A stretch of DNA of 64,000 bases, from IMG/VR virus record IMGVR_UViG_3300025930_000141, positions 1 to 64,000 of that record, one strand, 5' to 3'. Under the pieces are notes generated by a model that was given only the letters and a program-made list of their open reading frames with translations, had not been told where the DNA came from and made no database searches. Source of the DNA: a virus. The translations under genes and the position numbers were made by a program. Shown in pieces: positions 30,062 through 38,876 of this stretch (position 1 is its first letter; the number at the start of each line of letters is the position of its first letter).

Positions 30062-30680
30062 CAGCGTAGTTTAGCAGCCCGACATACGCCATGGTCGTAC
30101 CCCTGAGTCACGTAAGGGGTGGGGGCGGTGACAGTCCCCGCGTTTAGTTGCCGGGAGAGGTAGGAGGAAGGTGGAAGGAGGTTAACCCCTCCCGGCAAGT
30201 TTTGTTACCGGCCCATCCCATCGCCACGTACAAGCGTAGGTCAATGGGCCGGTAAGTTAAATAAGGGTAGTGGCTTGCTTAAGACCACCGGAACACGGGC
30301 TAAGCGGCACCCTACCCTACTCCCACGGCACGATAGTTATTGTTTCAAACTACCAGGCATTCCACCCACGGCGGTGTTTTCGCGGATTATTCCATTCGAC
30401 CGTTGCTTCATATCCCCGGCCCTTCGGCTTATCGGGGGTAACTCCACACTCTCGTCTTGACCCTTAAATTCTATTTAGTTAAGTAGTAACCGCGCCGGGG
30501 ATTCGAACCCTGGTCAACTAGTATTGCCAATTCGCGGCATGTATGTGGTAGCAAGTTATCTCGTCTAAACCGAGGGAGCGGGTGCGCGTTGCGTTCGTGA
30601 CCTCGGGGTAGGTTCTCTTATGCTTGCTAATAACGAGGCGGCTCCTACGTTGTCGGGACCTCGTGCTTCCCTGATAGGGA
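30062..30680 (-). ncRNA. promoter-driven non-coding cassette of several structured RNA modules
   Basis: No credible ORF; closed stems at 30148-30198, 30205-30255, 30262-30466, 30489-30538 and 30549-30629, separated by AT-rich linkers. Confidence 0.6.
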
Positions 30681-30681
30681 G

Positions 30682-30710
30682 AGTCTAGCACGGCCACAAA
30701 GCCGTGTCAA
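30682..30710 (-). promoter_or_regulatory. SigA-type promoter TTGACA-N17-TAGACT
   Basis: Consensus boxes, extended -10, palindromic spacer. Confidence 0.8.
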
Positions 30711-30717
30711 CCCCAAT

Positions 30718-31239
30718 TTAACTTCGTTCTGCCAGAGTCTTATTCTCTTCTGTGAATCGCTCTTCCAGGCTGTTAATCTCTTCAACCATCTTTTCCACGT
30801 GTGGACTGCGCAGCAACTTTTGCTGTCGCTCCCAGGCGTTATTAAGATTGTTAAGTGACCTATACAAGTCCATGGTCTGGTCTTCGCCCAGTGGCTCTAG
30901 GTCTTCCATGGTTACCGGCGTTACCTGAGACTTTAGTTCGTCTGGCATGTTTTGATACTGACCCAGGGCAAGGCGATGATAATATGGCATCGCTTTCAAA
31001 CGCTCTTCGGCGGCTTTTTCAGAGGCCATTACCTTTCGTACCGGGTGGAACGTAATGGTAGCAAAAACAATGGCCCACAACAGCGGCACTCCAATCAGCG
31101 TCCAAAAACTAATGGCAACGTACGGAGGAACCAATGAGACGAGCCACCCGATGCCGGTGATTACGGCCAGGGCAATTGTAGAAATGTTTGCCGCATTTGC
31201 GTCCCCGCCCAGCAAATCTCTGATATATCTTTCAATCAT
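30718..31239 (-). CDS. membrane protein, divergent family A
   Basis: 2 TM, YQNMPDEL, coiled-coil tail. Confidence 0.75.
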   Translation of the reverse strand: MIERYIRDLLGGDANAANISTIALAVITGIGWLVSLVPPYVAISFWTLIGVPLLWAIVFATITFHPVRKVMASEKAAEERLKAMPYYHRLALGQYQNMPDELKSQVTPVTMEDLEPLGEDQTMDLYRSLNNLNNAWERQQKLLRSPHVEKMVEEINSLEERFTEENKTLAERS

Positions 31240-31715
31240 GCTAGTTCCTTATTGCTCATTCGGTACTGCTGGATTAGTGTCTCGGCCTCGTCTAGATGCT
31301 GCTGGTGACGGGGCTGACGCAAAATGGCTTCCTGCTTTTGGTACTCGTCCCTGAGGTCCCGAATCTTATCGTGGTACACCCGGACCTCATCCCTAGTAAA
31401 CTCACTAATAACGTCCACGCTCATGGTCGGCAGTTGCCGACGTAGGTCGTCAGGCAGACTCAGGTATGTCTTATATGCTTCTGCCATAAGTATGTCCTCA
31501 TGACGCAACTGCCTAAACGAGTTAGTGCAAAACAGATAGATGATTATTGCCCAGCCAAGTATGGGCAGCAGTGCTACGAACTGCCAAAGCGCCCAAGGAA
31601 AACACAGGATGATGATTTCAACCATAACGGTAAGGATTGTACCCATCGCCATTAAAGGCCCGTCGGGTACGTCATCGAAGTCGTACTCGGCAATCCACTT
31701 AATGTTATTGCTCAT
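31236..31715 (-). CDS. membrane protein, divergent family A
   Basis: 2 TM, YLSLPDDL, tail SNKELA; ATGA overlap. Confidence 0.75.
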   Translation of the reverse strand: MSNNIKWIAEYDFDDVPDGPLMAMGTILTVMVEIIILCFPWALWQFVALLPILGWAIIIYLFCTNSFRQLRHEDILMAEAYKTYLSLPDDLRRQLPTMSVDVISEFTRDEVRVYHDKIRDLRDEYQKQEAILRQPRHQQHLDEAETLIQQYRMSNKELA

Positions 31716-32254
31716 GGTGTCCATAATCCAAACAGTGAGTCGGGCTCGCCATTGCTGAACGCGCCTCCATAAAAGGTTTCTTCTCGCACCCCGAATCCGT
31801 GATAAGTCAGCCACGTGGGCTGAATTGCCACGACGTGCGTCGGGTCCATGCCTAGCACGTCAGTAGTGCGAGGATTGGGGGTGGAGATAACCACCCCTTG
31901 GGTAGCCTTGTGCTTCATTTGCTGTAAAAGGAATTCCCAACGTGTTAGGTGCTCTAGCAGTTCAAGGGCAACAAACCAGTGGGCCTCACGGGGAGGCGTC
32001 CAGTAGTTAAGGTCCGTTCCGTCGATACCGCCGTCAACCGGAATATACCGGCCACGCCAGCCGTACTCGGCCCGCAGGGTATAGTCGAATTCCGTCATAC
32101 CGGCACCCACGTCGAAAATGGTCATGGAGTCGTCCAGTCCATTTAGGTACATTGTGTCGATAGCGTGCCGGTAGCGAACGGCGCGGTATTCATACTTACC
32201 GCTGCGCTCGTCCATGTAGTTATCGCAATTCTGAATCGTCGGCGTCCAAGTCAT
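31712..32254 (-). CDS. class I SAM-dependent methyltransferase
   Basis: IFDVGAG motif I, ALELLEHL, ISTPN. Confidence 0.8.
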   Translation of the reverse strand: MTWTPTIQNCDNYMDERSGKYEYRAVRYRHAIDTMYLNGLDDSMTIFDVGAGMTEFDYTLRAEYGWRGRYIPVDGGIDGTDLNYWTPPREAHWFVALELLEHLTRWEFLLQQMKHKATQGVVISTPNPRTTDVLGMDPTHVVAIQPTWLTYHGFGVREETFYGGAFSNGEPDSLFGLWTP

Positions 32255-32520
32255 CAGTAACCATATTCCGAAAGGTGATTACTGTAGCGACGCCACTCGG
32301 CCTCGTAAGCCCGAGTCTCGCGCTCGTACTCCCAGATTTCCCGCTCAATGTCTTCCCAGCGCATACCCTCAAAATCAGGGTCGGGCTCGGTATCGGGGTC
32401 GGGGGCATCTGCAAAGCGAGAATCCTCGCCGAACGCCGCCATGTGACCGGCCATGGTATATGCCTCAATAGCATGGCTGGCGTCGCCAGCGTCACTACCA
32501 TCTACCTCGTAATACATCAT
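32254..32520 (-). CDS. acidic hypothetical protein
   Basis: SD AGGAGG. Confidence 0.65.
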   Translation of the reverse strand: MMYYEVDGSDAGDASHAIEAYTMAGHMAAFGEDSRFADAPDPDTEPDPDFEGMRWEDIEREIWEYERETRAYEAEWRRYSNHLSEYGY

Positions 32521-32696
32521 TCCTCCTAGTAACTGTGACAGTCAAAGCAGCCAGCGGACTTGCCGCAGGACTCGCACTTACCATAACTCATGGAAAACCA
32601 GCCAAGAATCTGACAAATCTTGCACTTGGTCTTCTCGTGGCAGGGTTCACAAACAAACATGACCGTCTCCTAACTTGTGCCTACAGCCTACACGAC

Positions 32697-33296
32697 TCAG
32701 GACTGCCTGTCAAGAGTGACTTTTGCCCTCTTGACCTCGCGCATCATGGCTGCCGTAGCCTCGTCTCCACCAACGCTTACCACGTATCCAGGCAGAACGT
32801 TAACGTCGTATCCAAACCGTACCGCGTCGAGCGCGGTAGCCTTAACGCAGTGGTCACCGGCAATGCCCACAATGTCTACCCGGTCTACGCCATGGGCTAA
32901 CAGGTATTCATCTAAATCTGTCCCGTCCATGTTATAGCCCTGGAAGCCCGAATAGTCTGGCTTACCCTGGCCCTTGCGGAAAACGTGATGAGCGTCAAAC
33001 GGCAGACTAGCATTAAGCAGGGCTGGGTGCAATTGGGCACCCTCGGTACCGCCGACACAGTGCACCGGCCAGGTGCTTACAAAGTCTGGCTCGTTGGTTA
33101 CCGCAAAGTGTCCACCGTTGGTGTCGGGCAGAGCATTGTGGTAATCCTTGGTGAACAGTACAAAGTCGTAGTCACGATGATTGCGGGTAACATAATCAGC
33201 AATTGCATTCGCAATCCGGTCACCGCCCTTGACTGCCAGGGCACCGCCCTCGGTAAAGTCGTTTTGTACGTCAACGATAATCAGTGCGTTAGTCAT
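32697..33296 (-). CDS. pncA: nicotinamidase / isochorismatase family
   Basis: IIVDVQNDF..GG.LAV, D.H, WPVHC, RKG, YSGF, GIA.DHCV. Confidence 0.92.
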   Translation of the reverse strand: MTNALIIVDVQNDFTEGGALAVKGGDRIANAIADYVTRNHRDYDFVLFTKDYHNALPDTNGGHFAVTNEPDFVSTWPVHCVGGTEGAQLHPALLNASLPFDAHHVFRKGQGKPDYSGFQGYNMDGTDLDEYLLAHGVDRVDIVGIAGDHCVKATALDAVRFGYDVNVLPGYVVSVGGDEATAAMMREVKRAKVTLDRQS

Positions 33297-33649
33297 ATGT
33301 TTCCCACCTAATTACAATCATTGGTTCCTGATGCTCATTGGGGCCATAACCAACCCACTCTGAGCCTATCTCGATATTAACTGTTGAACCGGGCGGCACC
33401 GAGTTGACAGCCGCCTTTAAGTCTTCGAAGTCTGAGCCGGTACGGACCTCAATTTCATGCGTTGTCTTAATCATCAGAACACCTGTCTCCACCTAGGCGT
33501 CATCCCTGTCACCGCGTCGGCTCTGATTTCTACAATCTCAAACAGGAGGCCGCACTGACACTCCCACACGCTGCCGAGACCTATTGCGTTGTTCAGGTTG
33601 CCTCTTGGATAATCGTGTGCGTGCGGAGGCTTAACATCTTTCCAAGGCA

Positions 33650-34684
33650 TCAGAAACCATTCCTATCATACTCTAGTAACATAGTGTGCTTTCGTGCCGC
33701 TTGCCGACTGGCACCCAGGGCGACCTGTAGTCGCTCATTATGGTTGCTTGGGTCAATGAGACGGTACTTAAGTCCGTACCGCTCGGCTACGTCAACCCAG
33801 TATTCGTCCGGCGACTCCCGGTGGTCACCGCCATAACGCAGCGGGTCCCGCTCAAAGTCAATATTCGACTTGGTAATGACATAAAGGTCGCTCTTTAGTT
33901 CCTCGGCGTCCTTTAGCAGTCCTTGCGGGACCGGGCCTAAAGCCTCACGCCAGTGTGGCTGTTCCCAATAACCAATAGTCGAATACAGGTCGGTGTCTTG
34001 GACCAGGAACGGCTTACCAGTAAAGAACTCCATGTGCCGCTGCGCGGCAGCCTGACCTCGCCAGATAGCCGTCATTGACGCAACAGTAATCTCGGGACCA
34101 ACTGTTTCCAGATAAGGACGTGCCCACTCGTACAGCCAGTGGCCGGGTAGGAATTCAGCCATATCCTGAGACAGCGTTGTCTTACCCGTGGACTCTGCAC
34201 CAAATACGGTAACCTTCGTGCGCATGCGGCCTTGGAACTCTGGAATCATCATATCAAAGTTCGCTAGCGTGTGCTCGCGCACATCGGTCGCCTTGGTGTA
34301 AAGCAGTTCACGGCCAGGGTCGTATGGAATGAATACCCCGCCCAGCAGTTCGGCCAACTTTTGTCCGTACGGCTCACTGGACACGAATGTGTCATTAGGC
34401 TGTGCGCCGTGCTCGCGGAGGATGGACTGCCAAATTGTCCAGAACCCCTCAGTGTCCGGGTCCTGTGGCAGTTCCTTGTGGTAGTTACGCAGTTCTACGT
34501 CGTAGAGGCGGTCGTGCTTGATAGCCTCAAACATCGAGAAGTACCGCTCGTAGCGCATCGGCTCAGACGGTTGTGTGCAAAGCAGGACCACCGTGTGCTG
34601 GCCGAGCGAAGCCGCAAACCTTACTAGGTTCAGGTGGCCTCGGGTCGGCGGCATAGCCGTCATTAATACGAATGTGGTGGTCAT
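33650..34684 (-). CDS. nadR: NadR-like NMN adenylyltransferase / ribosylnicotinamide kinase
   Basis: PPTRGH (HxGH-like), SSEPYG, Walker A GAESTGKTT, E.AR.YL, DTD. Confidence 0.9.
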   Translation of the reverse strand: MTTTFVLMTAMPPTRGHLNLVRFAASLGQHTVVLLCTQPSEPMRYERYFSMFEAIKHDRLYDVELRNYHKELPQDPDTEGFWTIWQSILREHGAQPNDTFVSSEPYGQKLAELLGGVFIPYDPGRELLYTKATDVREHTLANFDMMIPEFQGRMRTKVTVFGAESTGKTTLSQDMAEFLPGHWLYEWARPYLETVGPEITVASMTAIWRGQAAAQRHMEFFTGKPFLVQDTDLYSTIGYWEQPHWREALGPVPQGLLKDAEELKSDLYVITKSNIDFERDPLRYGGDHRESPDEYWVDVAERYGLKYRLIDPSNHNERLQVALGASRQAARKHTMLLEYDRNGF

Positions 34685-35394
34685 GCTGCTAACACCGCTT
34701 CCTGTGCTGGTTGCTTAACTTCATTGTCCATACCGCGCTTCCATGCGTACCAACCCCAGGCTGTGTTAGCGAGGAAGAATACGTACTGGAATGCTACCAG
34801 GAACAAACCGGCAGTGAAGTACGTGTAAATTGCAAACACGTTTACCAGCCCCCAGATGCCCCAGTTTTCCAACTTCTTGTTATCGAGCATGAACTGTGCC
34901 AAAATGGTACCGGCGAAGATTACCGAGTCCGTCCACGCCAGATGACCTCCGAGGGCGGTGGAAATTGCGACGATGACGAGGTAGCCCGCGAGTGCGACCG
35001 CAATTGATGCGGCCCACGAGGGGGCCGACATGCGGGTGACAGGCCGTGTGTCGGCATCTGACTTCCATCGAATCCAACCGTACACGAGATACACGGTGAG
35101 GAATGCGTTAATGCCTGTTGATGCAAACAGCCCGAACTGGTAAAACAGCAGGCAGTAGGCGGCTGTCGAGACAGCGCCAATCGGGTAATTGATTCTACGC
35201 TCCATAACACACAGAAACGTGCAGGAGTAGGAGGTGAATACAGCAAAAGCCTCAAGCCACGACAGGGTGGTAATCCAACCGACTGCCAGGCCAAGGCCAT
35301 AGGAGAGCGCCGTGAGCGCCAATCCAATAACTACAGATTGAGCAATGTTTGTCATTGCGCCATGCTCACGACGCGGAATTGTAATAAATGACAT
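34681..35394 (-). CDS. pnuC: nicotinamide riboside transporter
   Basis: Multi-TM; YGW..W, DS, AQ....K.LENW..W. Confidence 0.9.
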   Translation of the reverse strand: MSFITIPRREHGAMTNIAQSVVIGLALTALSYGLGLAVGWITTLSWLEAFAVFTSYSCTFLCVMERRINYPIGAVSTAAYCLLFYQFGLFASTGINAFLTVYLVYGWIRWKSDADTRPVTRMSAPSWAASIAVALAGYLVIVAISTALGGHLAWTDSVIFAGTILAQFMLDNKKLENWGIWGLVNVFAIYTYFTAGLFLVAFQYVFFLANTAWGWYAWKRGMDNEVKQPAQEAVLAA

Positions 35395-35478
35395 TTGTTT
35401 TCATCCCTTTCAATTGTAGGGCCAAGCCGTCATGTCAACGCTTGAATAAGCCCTACGGGTCTTTTAACTTGTACCTAC

Positions 35479-35507
35479 ACTATAGCACGGCTATCGCCGT
35501 GTGTCAA
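35479..35507 (-). promoter_or_regulatory. SigA-type promoter TTGACA-N17-TATAGT upstream of pnuC-nadR
   Basis: Consensus boxes; spacer CACGGC-GATA-GCCGTG. Confidence 0.8.
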
Positions 35508-35893
35508 GGTAGACTTATTGGTACATTTATGGTGCCTGTGGTTATGCTTGTACCGGTCCCAATGGAGTACGGGCCGGTACTAATAACGTAGCCGCCGTTT
35601 TGACGCTTTGGCTTACGCTTTTTCTTCACACCAGACTTTGTACCCTTAGGCATGGTCCACTCAAAGTATACCGAGCCGTCCGGGTGGGTGTGCTGGGTAC
35701 GGCGGTAATGTGCTCTCACCGTCTTGGGGGCAACGGTAGGATAAGTGCCGTCTGTATTCCAGTCATACATATGTAATTCGTCAGCCAGCGTCTCTGTTAC
35801 CACCATTGTCTCGGTGGGGTCGAGGTCGAGAACCTTGCCGTCCTGCGGACCTCGATAAAGCCTAACCTTCATAATGCCAAACCTCAAACTCAA
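35504..35893 (-). CDS. hypothetical protein
   Basis: GP.DG motif; exact start uncertain. Confidence 0.6.
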   Translation of the reverse strand: MSLRFGIMKVRLYRGPQDGKVLDLDPTETMVVTETLADELHMYDWNTDGTYPTVAPKTVRAHYRRTQHTHPDGSVYFEWTMPKGTKSGVKKKRKPKRQNGGYVISTGPYSIGTGTSITTGTINVPISLP

Positions 35894-36311
35894 ACTCGGG
35901 GTAAATAGCCTCAGCGGCTAGTAATAGTTGCTCTACCTTCGGCCATTCCAGGCCCCCGATGCCTGAGCCGATTTCAGGAATTGCAATGGTGGTTCCCCAC
36001 GCTTTTTCGGTAGGAGAGTAGAACCTAAAAAAGTCCATGACTGACGCAAAAACCCATTCATACCGGGCATTTGCTCCGGGATTGTCCTGGGTATAAAGAT
36101 TAAGGATTACTACGCCACGGTCAGGCACCCCAGTAAACTCACCGGGCACCGCAAGACCAACGTCGCACACATGCTTATAAAACTTGAAGTTGGCGGGGAA
36201 CTTTTCCTTGATAGTCTTCGCTACCCCGGCCCCCATGACACCTTTGATGTTGGCTCCGTGAGCAATAATCTTTGCGTCTGTTGTAAACAGGTCACCATTA
36301 CGGTGCTGCAT
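35862..36311 (-). CDS. macrodomain (ADP-ribose binding/hydrolase)
   Basis: GDLF, AHGAN..GVMGAGVA, NLYTQ, IAIP.IGSGIGGL.W. Confidence 0.92.
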   Translation of the reverse strand: MQHRNGDLFTTDAKIIAHGANIKGVMGAGVAKTIKEKFPANFKFYKHVCDVGLAVPGEFTGVPDRGVVILNLYTQDNPGANARYEWVFASVMDFFRFYSPTEKAWGTTIAIPEIGSGIGGLEWPKVEQLLLAAEAIYPEFEFEVWHYEG

Positions 36312-36345
36312 GTTAATTTCCAATCTGTTGACGGAACTTATGTTG

Positions 36346-36419
36346 CTCCCCGACTAGGATTCGAACCTAGAACTCACTGGTTAACGGCCAGTCACTCTGC
36401 CTGATTGAGTTACCGGGGA
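36346..36419 (-). tRNA. tRNA-Asn(GTT), C33
   Basis: ACTGG-CCGTTAA-CCAGT; U1-A72, G73. Confidence 0.9.
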
Positions 36420-36428
36420 ATGCATTTG

Positions 36429-36501
36429 CCGAGCATGTTTGTGTTAATCGAAATGCGGACAGGTCTTGCACATGGTTGATAAACGACCAACGTCGGCTCG
36501 G
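36429..36501 (-). ncRNA. Y RNA-like gene 8 (minimal, distal copy)
   Basis: CCGAGCCGACGUUGGUCGUUUAUC ... CGAUUAACACAAACAUGCUCGG matches the scaffold of the Ro60-adjacent copies. Confidence 0.7.
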
Positions 36502-36535
36502 ACTTGTTTTGTTGTATTTATACTGCCCATATCAG

Positions 36536-36608
36536 CAACCCCATTAGGATTCGAACCTAAACCATCTAGAACCAAAATCTAGCGTCCTGCCAATTAGACC
36601 ATGGGGTT
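36536..36608 (-). tRNA. tRNA-Gln(TTG)
   Basis: CTAGA-TTTTGGT-TCTAG. Confidence 0.88.
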
Positions 36609-36783
36609 GGGTTGCCGTCTTTCCGGCTGTCAGGCTTCCTGGGCCAGTGCCTTATATTTGTATACCGGTTATGACCGTGGCCGGTTGCAGCATCACCACT
36701 CGCATCCCACCCGTTTGTTGCAGGTTTTACTCTTAAGCGATACCCGCTCACCGGCCAAAGCCTTGTCCGTGTGCTGCGTGACC

Positions 36784-36813
36784 ATTGTACACCGGGTGTA
36801 CCGGCCCTGTCAA
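36784..36813 (-). promoter_or_regulatory. SigA-type promoter TTGACA-N18-TACAAT
   Basis: Consensus boxes. Confidence 0.75.
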
Positions 36814-36815
36814 CC

Positions 36816-37142
36816 TCAGATGTTTCTGACCTCACATGGGTCAGAGTCACCCGGACACCATAACTTTAAACCGTCAGCGCGCCATACGCCGGACACGGGC
36901 TTATAGTCTACCTCGGCATATCCGACCGGAGTCAGATAACGGTAAATCAGTGTGTTGTCGGCAGGGCGTAGGTCCAACCACAAGACACCAATACAGCCGC
37001 AAACGGTATTGACCTTAGCACGGGTCATGCCACCCTTAACGCTTACCCACTCGGCGTGGGTCATCATCTGTGGGTCCTTGGCCTGAGCCGGTGCGGGTAA
37101 CAGAACAAACAATGCGGCCAAAGCCGCTACAATCTTTTTCAA
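36816..37142 (-). CDS. secreted protein, BLIP/SmpA-like N-terminal motif
   Basis: Signal peptide; MT.AEW..V..GMT...V...CGC.G. Confidence 0.7.
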   Translation of the reverse strand: MKKIVAALAALFVLLPAPAQAKDPQMMTHAEWVSVKGGMTRAKVNTVCGCIGVLWLDLRPADNTLIYRYLTPVGYAEVDYKPVSGVWRADGLKLWCPGDSDPCEVRNI

Positions 37143-37431
37143 CTTAATCCTTCTCGATAGTACGAAGCCACATCAAACTGCTGTGACCACGTTAGTGGGT
37201 AACCGGTCCAATTGAATGAATCATATACCTGGCCGTCTACGAATACTCTGTAAAGGTACCGGCGCGGGTACAGTTTAATCTCGTCCAGGTATATATCCAC
37301 CTTCGTCCTCCCAAGTGTCGGTGTACTTTTCACATTCTAAACAAACATTGTTAATCACGATGTTGACAATATTGTGTGCGTCTTTATAAACCACATTACA
37401 TGAAGGACACCGCATTACTACACACATGACG

Positions 37432-37506
37432 AGCCACCTATGGGATTCGAACCCATGACCTCAAACTTACCAAGTTTGCGCGCTAACCTAACTGTGCCAA
37501 GGCGGC
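37432..37506 (-). tRNA. tRNA-Thr(GGT)
   Basis: CAAAC-TTGGTAA-GTTTG. Confidence 0.92.
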
Positions 37507-37566
37507 GGGTAGGGAGCGGTACGCTCTGCAAAGTTAGTGCAGTCTAACCACGCCCGCTTACCCCAG

Positions 37567-37637
37567 AGCCCCTAGCCGGGATTGAGCCGACTTCTCCTGT
37601 TTACAAGGCAGGTGCATCACCTTAATGCTTTAGGGGC
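37567..37637 (-). tRNA. tRNA-Thr(TGT), atypical T loop
   Basis: Anticodon loop CTTGTAA; T loop CTCAATC. Confidence 0.8.
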
Positions 37638-37740
37638 GAGTGGTGTGTTTTATGTTTCAATACCGGGCTGCTCCGTCACCAGTCCCTAATGAAACAAATG
37701 TTCACCGTCCATAGCGGCTGGGGGTTGCGCCGCCACCACG

Positions 37741-37814
37741 AGCCGATACGGGGAATCGAACCCCGGCTATTCTACATTACGAAAGTAGTACCATACCATT
37801 TAGGAGTTATCGGC
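37741..37814 (-). tRNA. tRNA-Thr(CGT)
   Basis: Loop TTCGTAA; weak D stem. Confidence 0.8.
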
Positions 37815-37849
37815 AGAGGTACCAGGATAGCAGGCCCGGTACCAGATTG

Positions 37850-38593
37850 TCAAATGAACTTAAGCAGTTCAGACCATGGGCCGTGGTCAGAAGAATTATC
37901 GTCTATGTCCACGTAGGCCGCTATTACTTTAAGTCCCTTTAATACTGCACCGTCGATAAGGCGACTACCATGTGTACCGCGCGACGGTAGCCGGTCAACA
38001 GCAGACCACACCAGTTTCCACATTGGGAACTTAACCTTGATTGCCGCGCGAGCCCAGCGGTGCTTGAAGTTAATGTTCCAGTCACCGGCCAAGATAGAGG
38101 CGTCAGTCTTGAAATGTGTCTTTAGTTGATTACTGCGTCGGCGCAGGTTGTTTGTAGCCTGATGCCAGGCGACCACTCGGTCGGTATGACGGTGGTGGGC
38201 CAGGTCGCCCTCTACTCCCGAAGGGAAGTGACAAACCGAAACCACTACGCGCTTACCAGACTCAAGGTGTTCCAGTACCGCGTTTTGTGCATACAGCGGA
38301 GACGACAGGTGTCCACCCAACTTGAACAGGTGATGAGACACTAAGTACGACTCGTGGAAGATGACCTTAAATACTGACTTGTCATAAACAATGGCAGAGT
38401 CATCTTTGAGTCCCTTGTCGCCAACCACAACACCAAAGCCGGGTACGGCCAGGGCATCCTCGCGGCCCTCGGTAGCCACCTCTGTAAGTGTGATAACTTG
38501 TGCGGTTTGAGCGTACTTGAGTACGGCTCGATGCAATGCCTGAATACTACCCTTGTAGAACCCAGACGAATGCGTGTGCTTAAATCTAATCAT
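37850..38593 (-). CDS. endonuclease/exonuclease/phosphatase (EEP) family protein
   Basis: LTEV, H, AGDWN, ID and SSDH motifs. Confidence 0.85.
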   Translation of the reverse strand: MIRFKHTHSSGFYKGSIQALHRAVLKYAQTAQVITLTEVATEGREDALAVPGFGVVVGDKGLKDDSAIVYDKSVFKVIFHESYLVSHHLFKLGGHLSSPLYAQNAVLEHLESGKRVVVSVCHFPSGVEGDLAHHRHTDRVVAWHQATNNLRRRSNQLKTHFKTDASILAGDWNINFKHRWARAAIKVKFPMWKLVWSAVDRLPSRGTHGSRLIDGAVLKGLKVIAAYVDIDDNSSDHGPWSELLKFI

Positions 38594-38612
38594 GTGCTCA
38601 GTATATCACGCT

Positions 38613-38876
38613 TTAGGAGTCAGCGCCACTAACGTCGGTGCTCTTGGGCCTGCGAGCAAACTTCTCCTGGCGCTTGTCACGGCGCTTCTGGGCAGCCTTG
38701 TCCTTGCGGCGCTGGTACTTGCGATGCAGAGCAAAGATGGTAAGCACGTTACCCTTTAATTCGGTGTCCCAGTCGCCGTACTCGCGGTACTCTTTTTGGA
38801 GTTCTCGCAGGTAGTTAAGGTCGTCACTGATGATGTGCTTATTGCGTGGCCTAGACAATTTCCTCTGCCTTTGCAA
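38613..38876 (-). CDS. basic hypothetical protein
   Basis: ORF track; start probably downstream of the listed position. Confidence 0.55.
   Translation of the reverse strand: MQRQRKLSRPRNKHIISDDLNYLRELQKEYREYGDWDTELKGNVLTIFALHRKYQRRKDKAAQKRRDKRQEKFARRPKSTDVSGADS

Noticed and set aside
30262-30540. tmRNA
   Set aside because: A T loop is present, but there is no GGGG 5' end, G3:U70 alanine acceptor, CCA or tag reading frame that I can identify.
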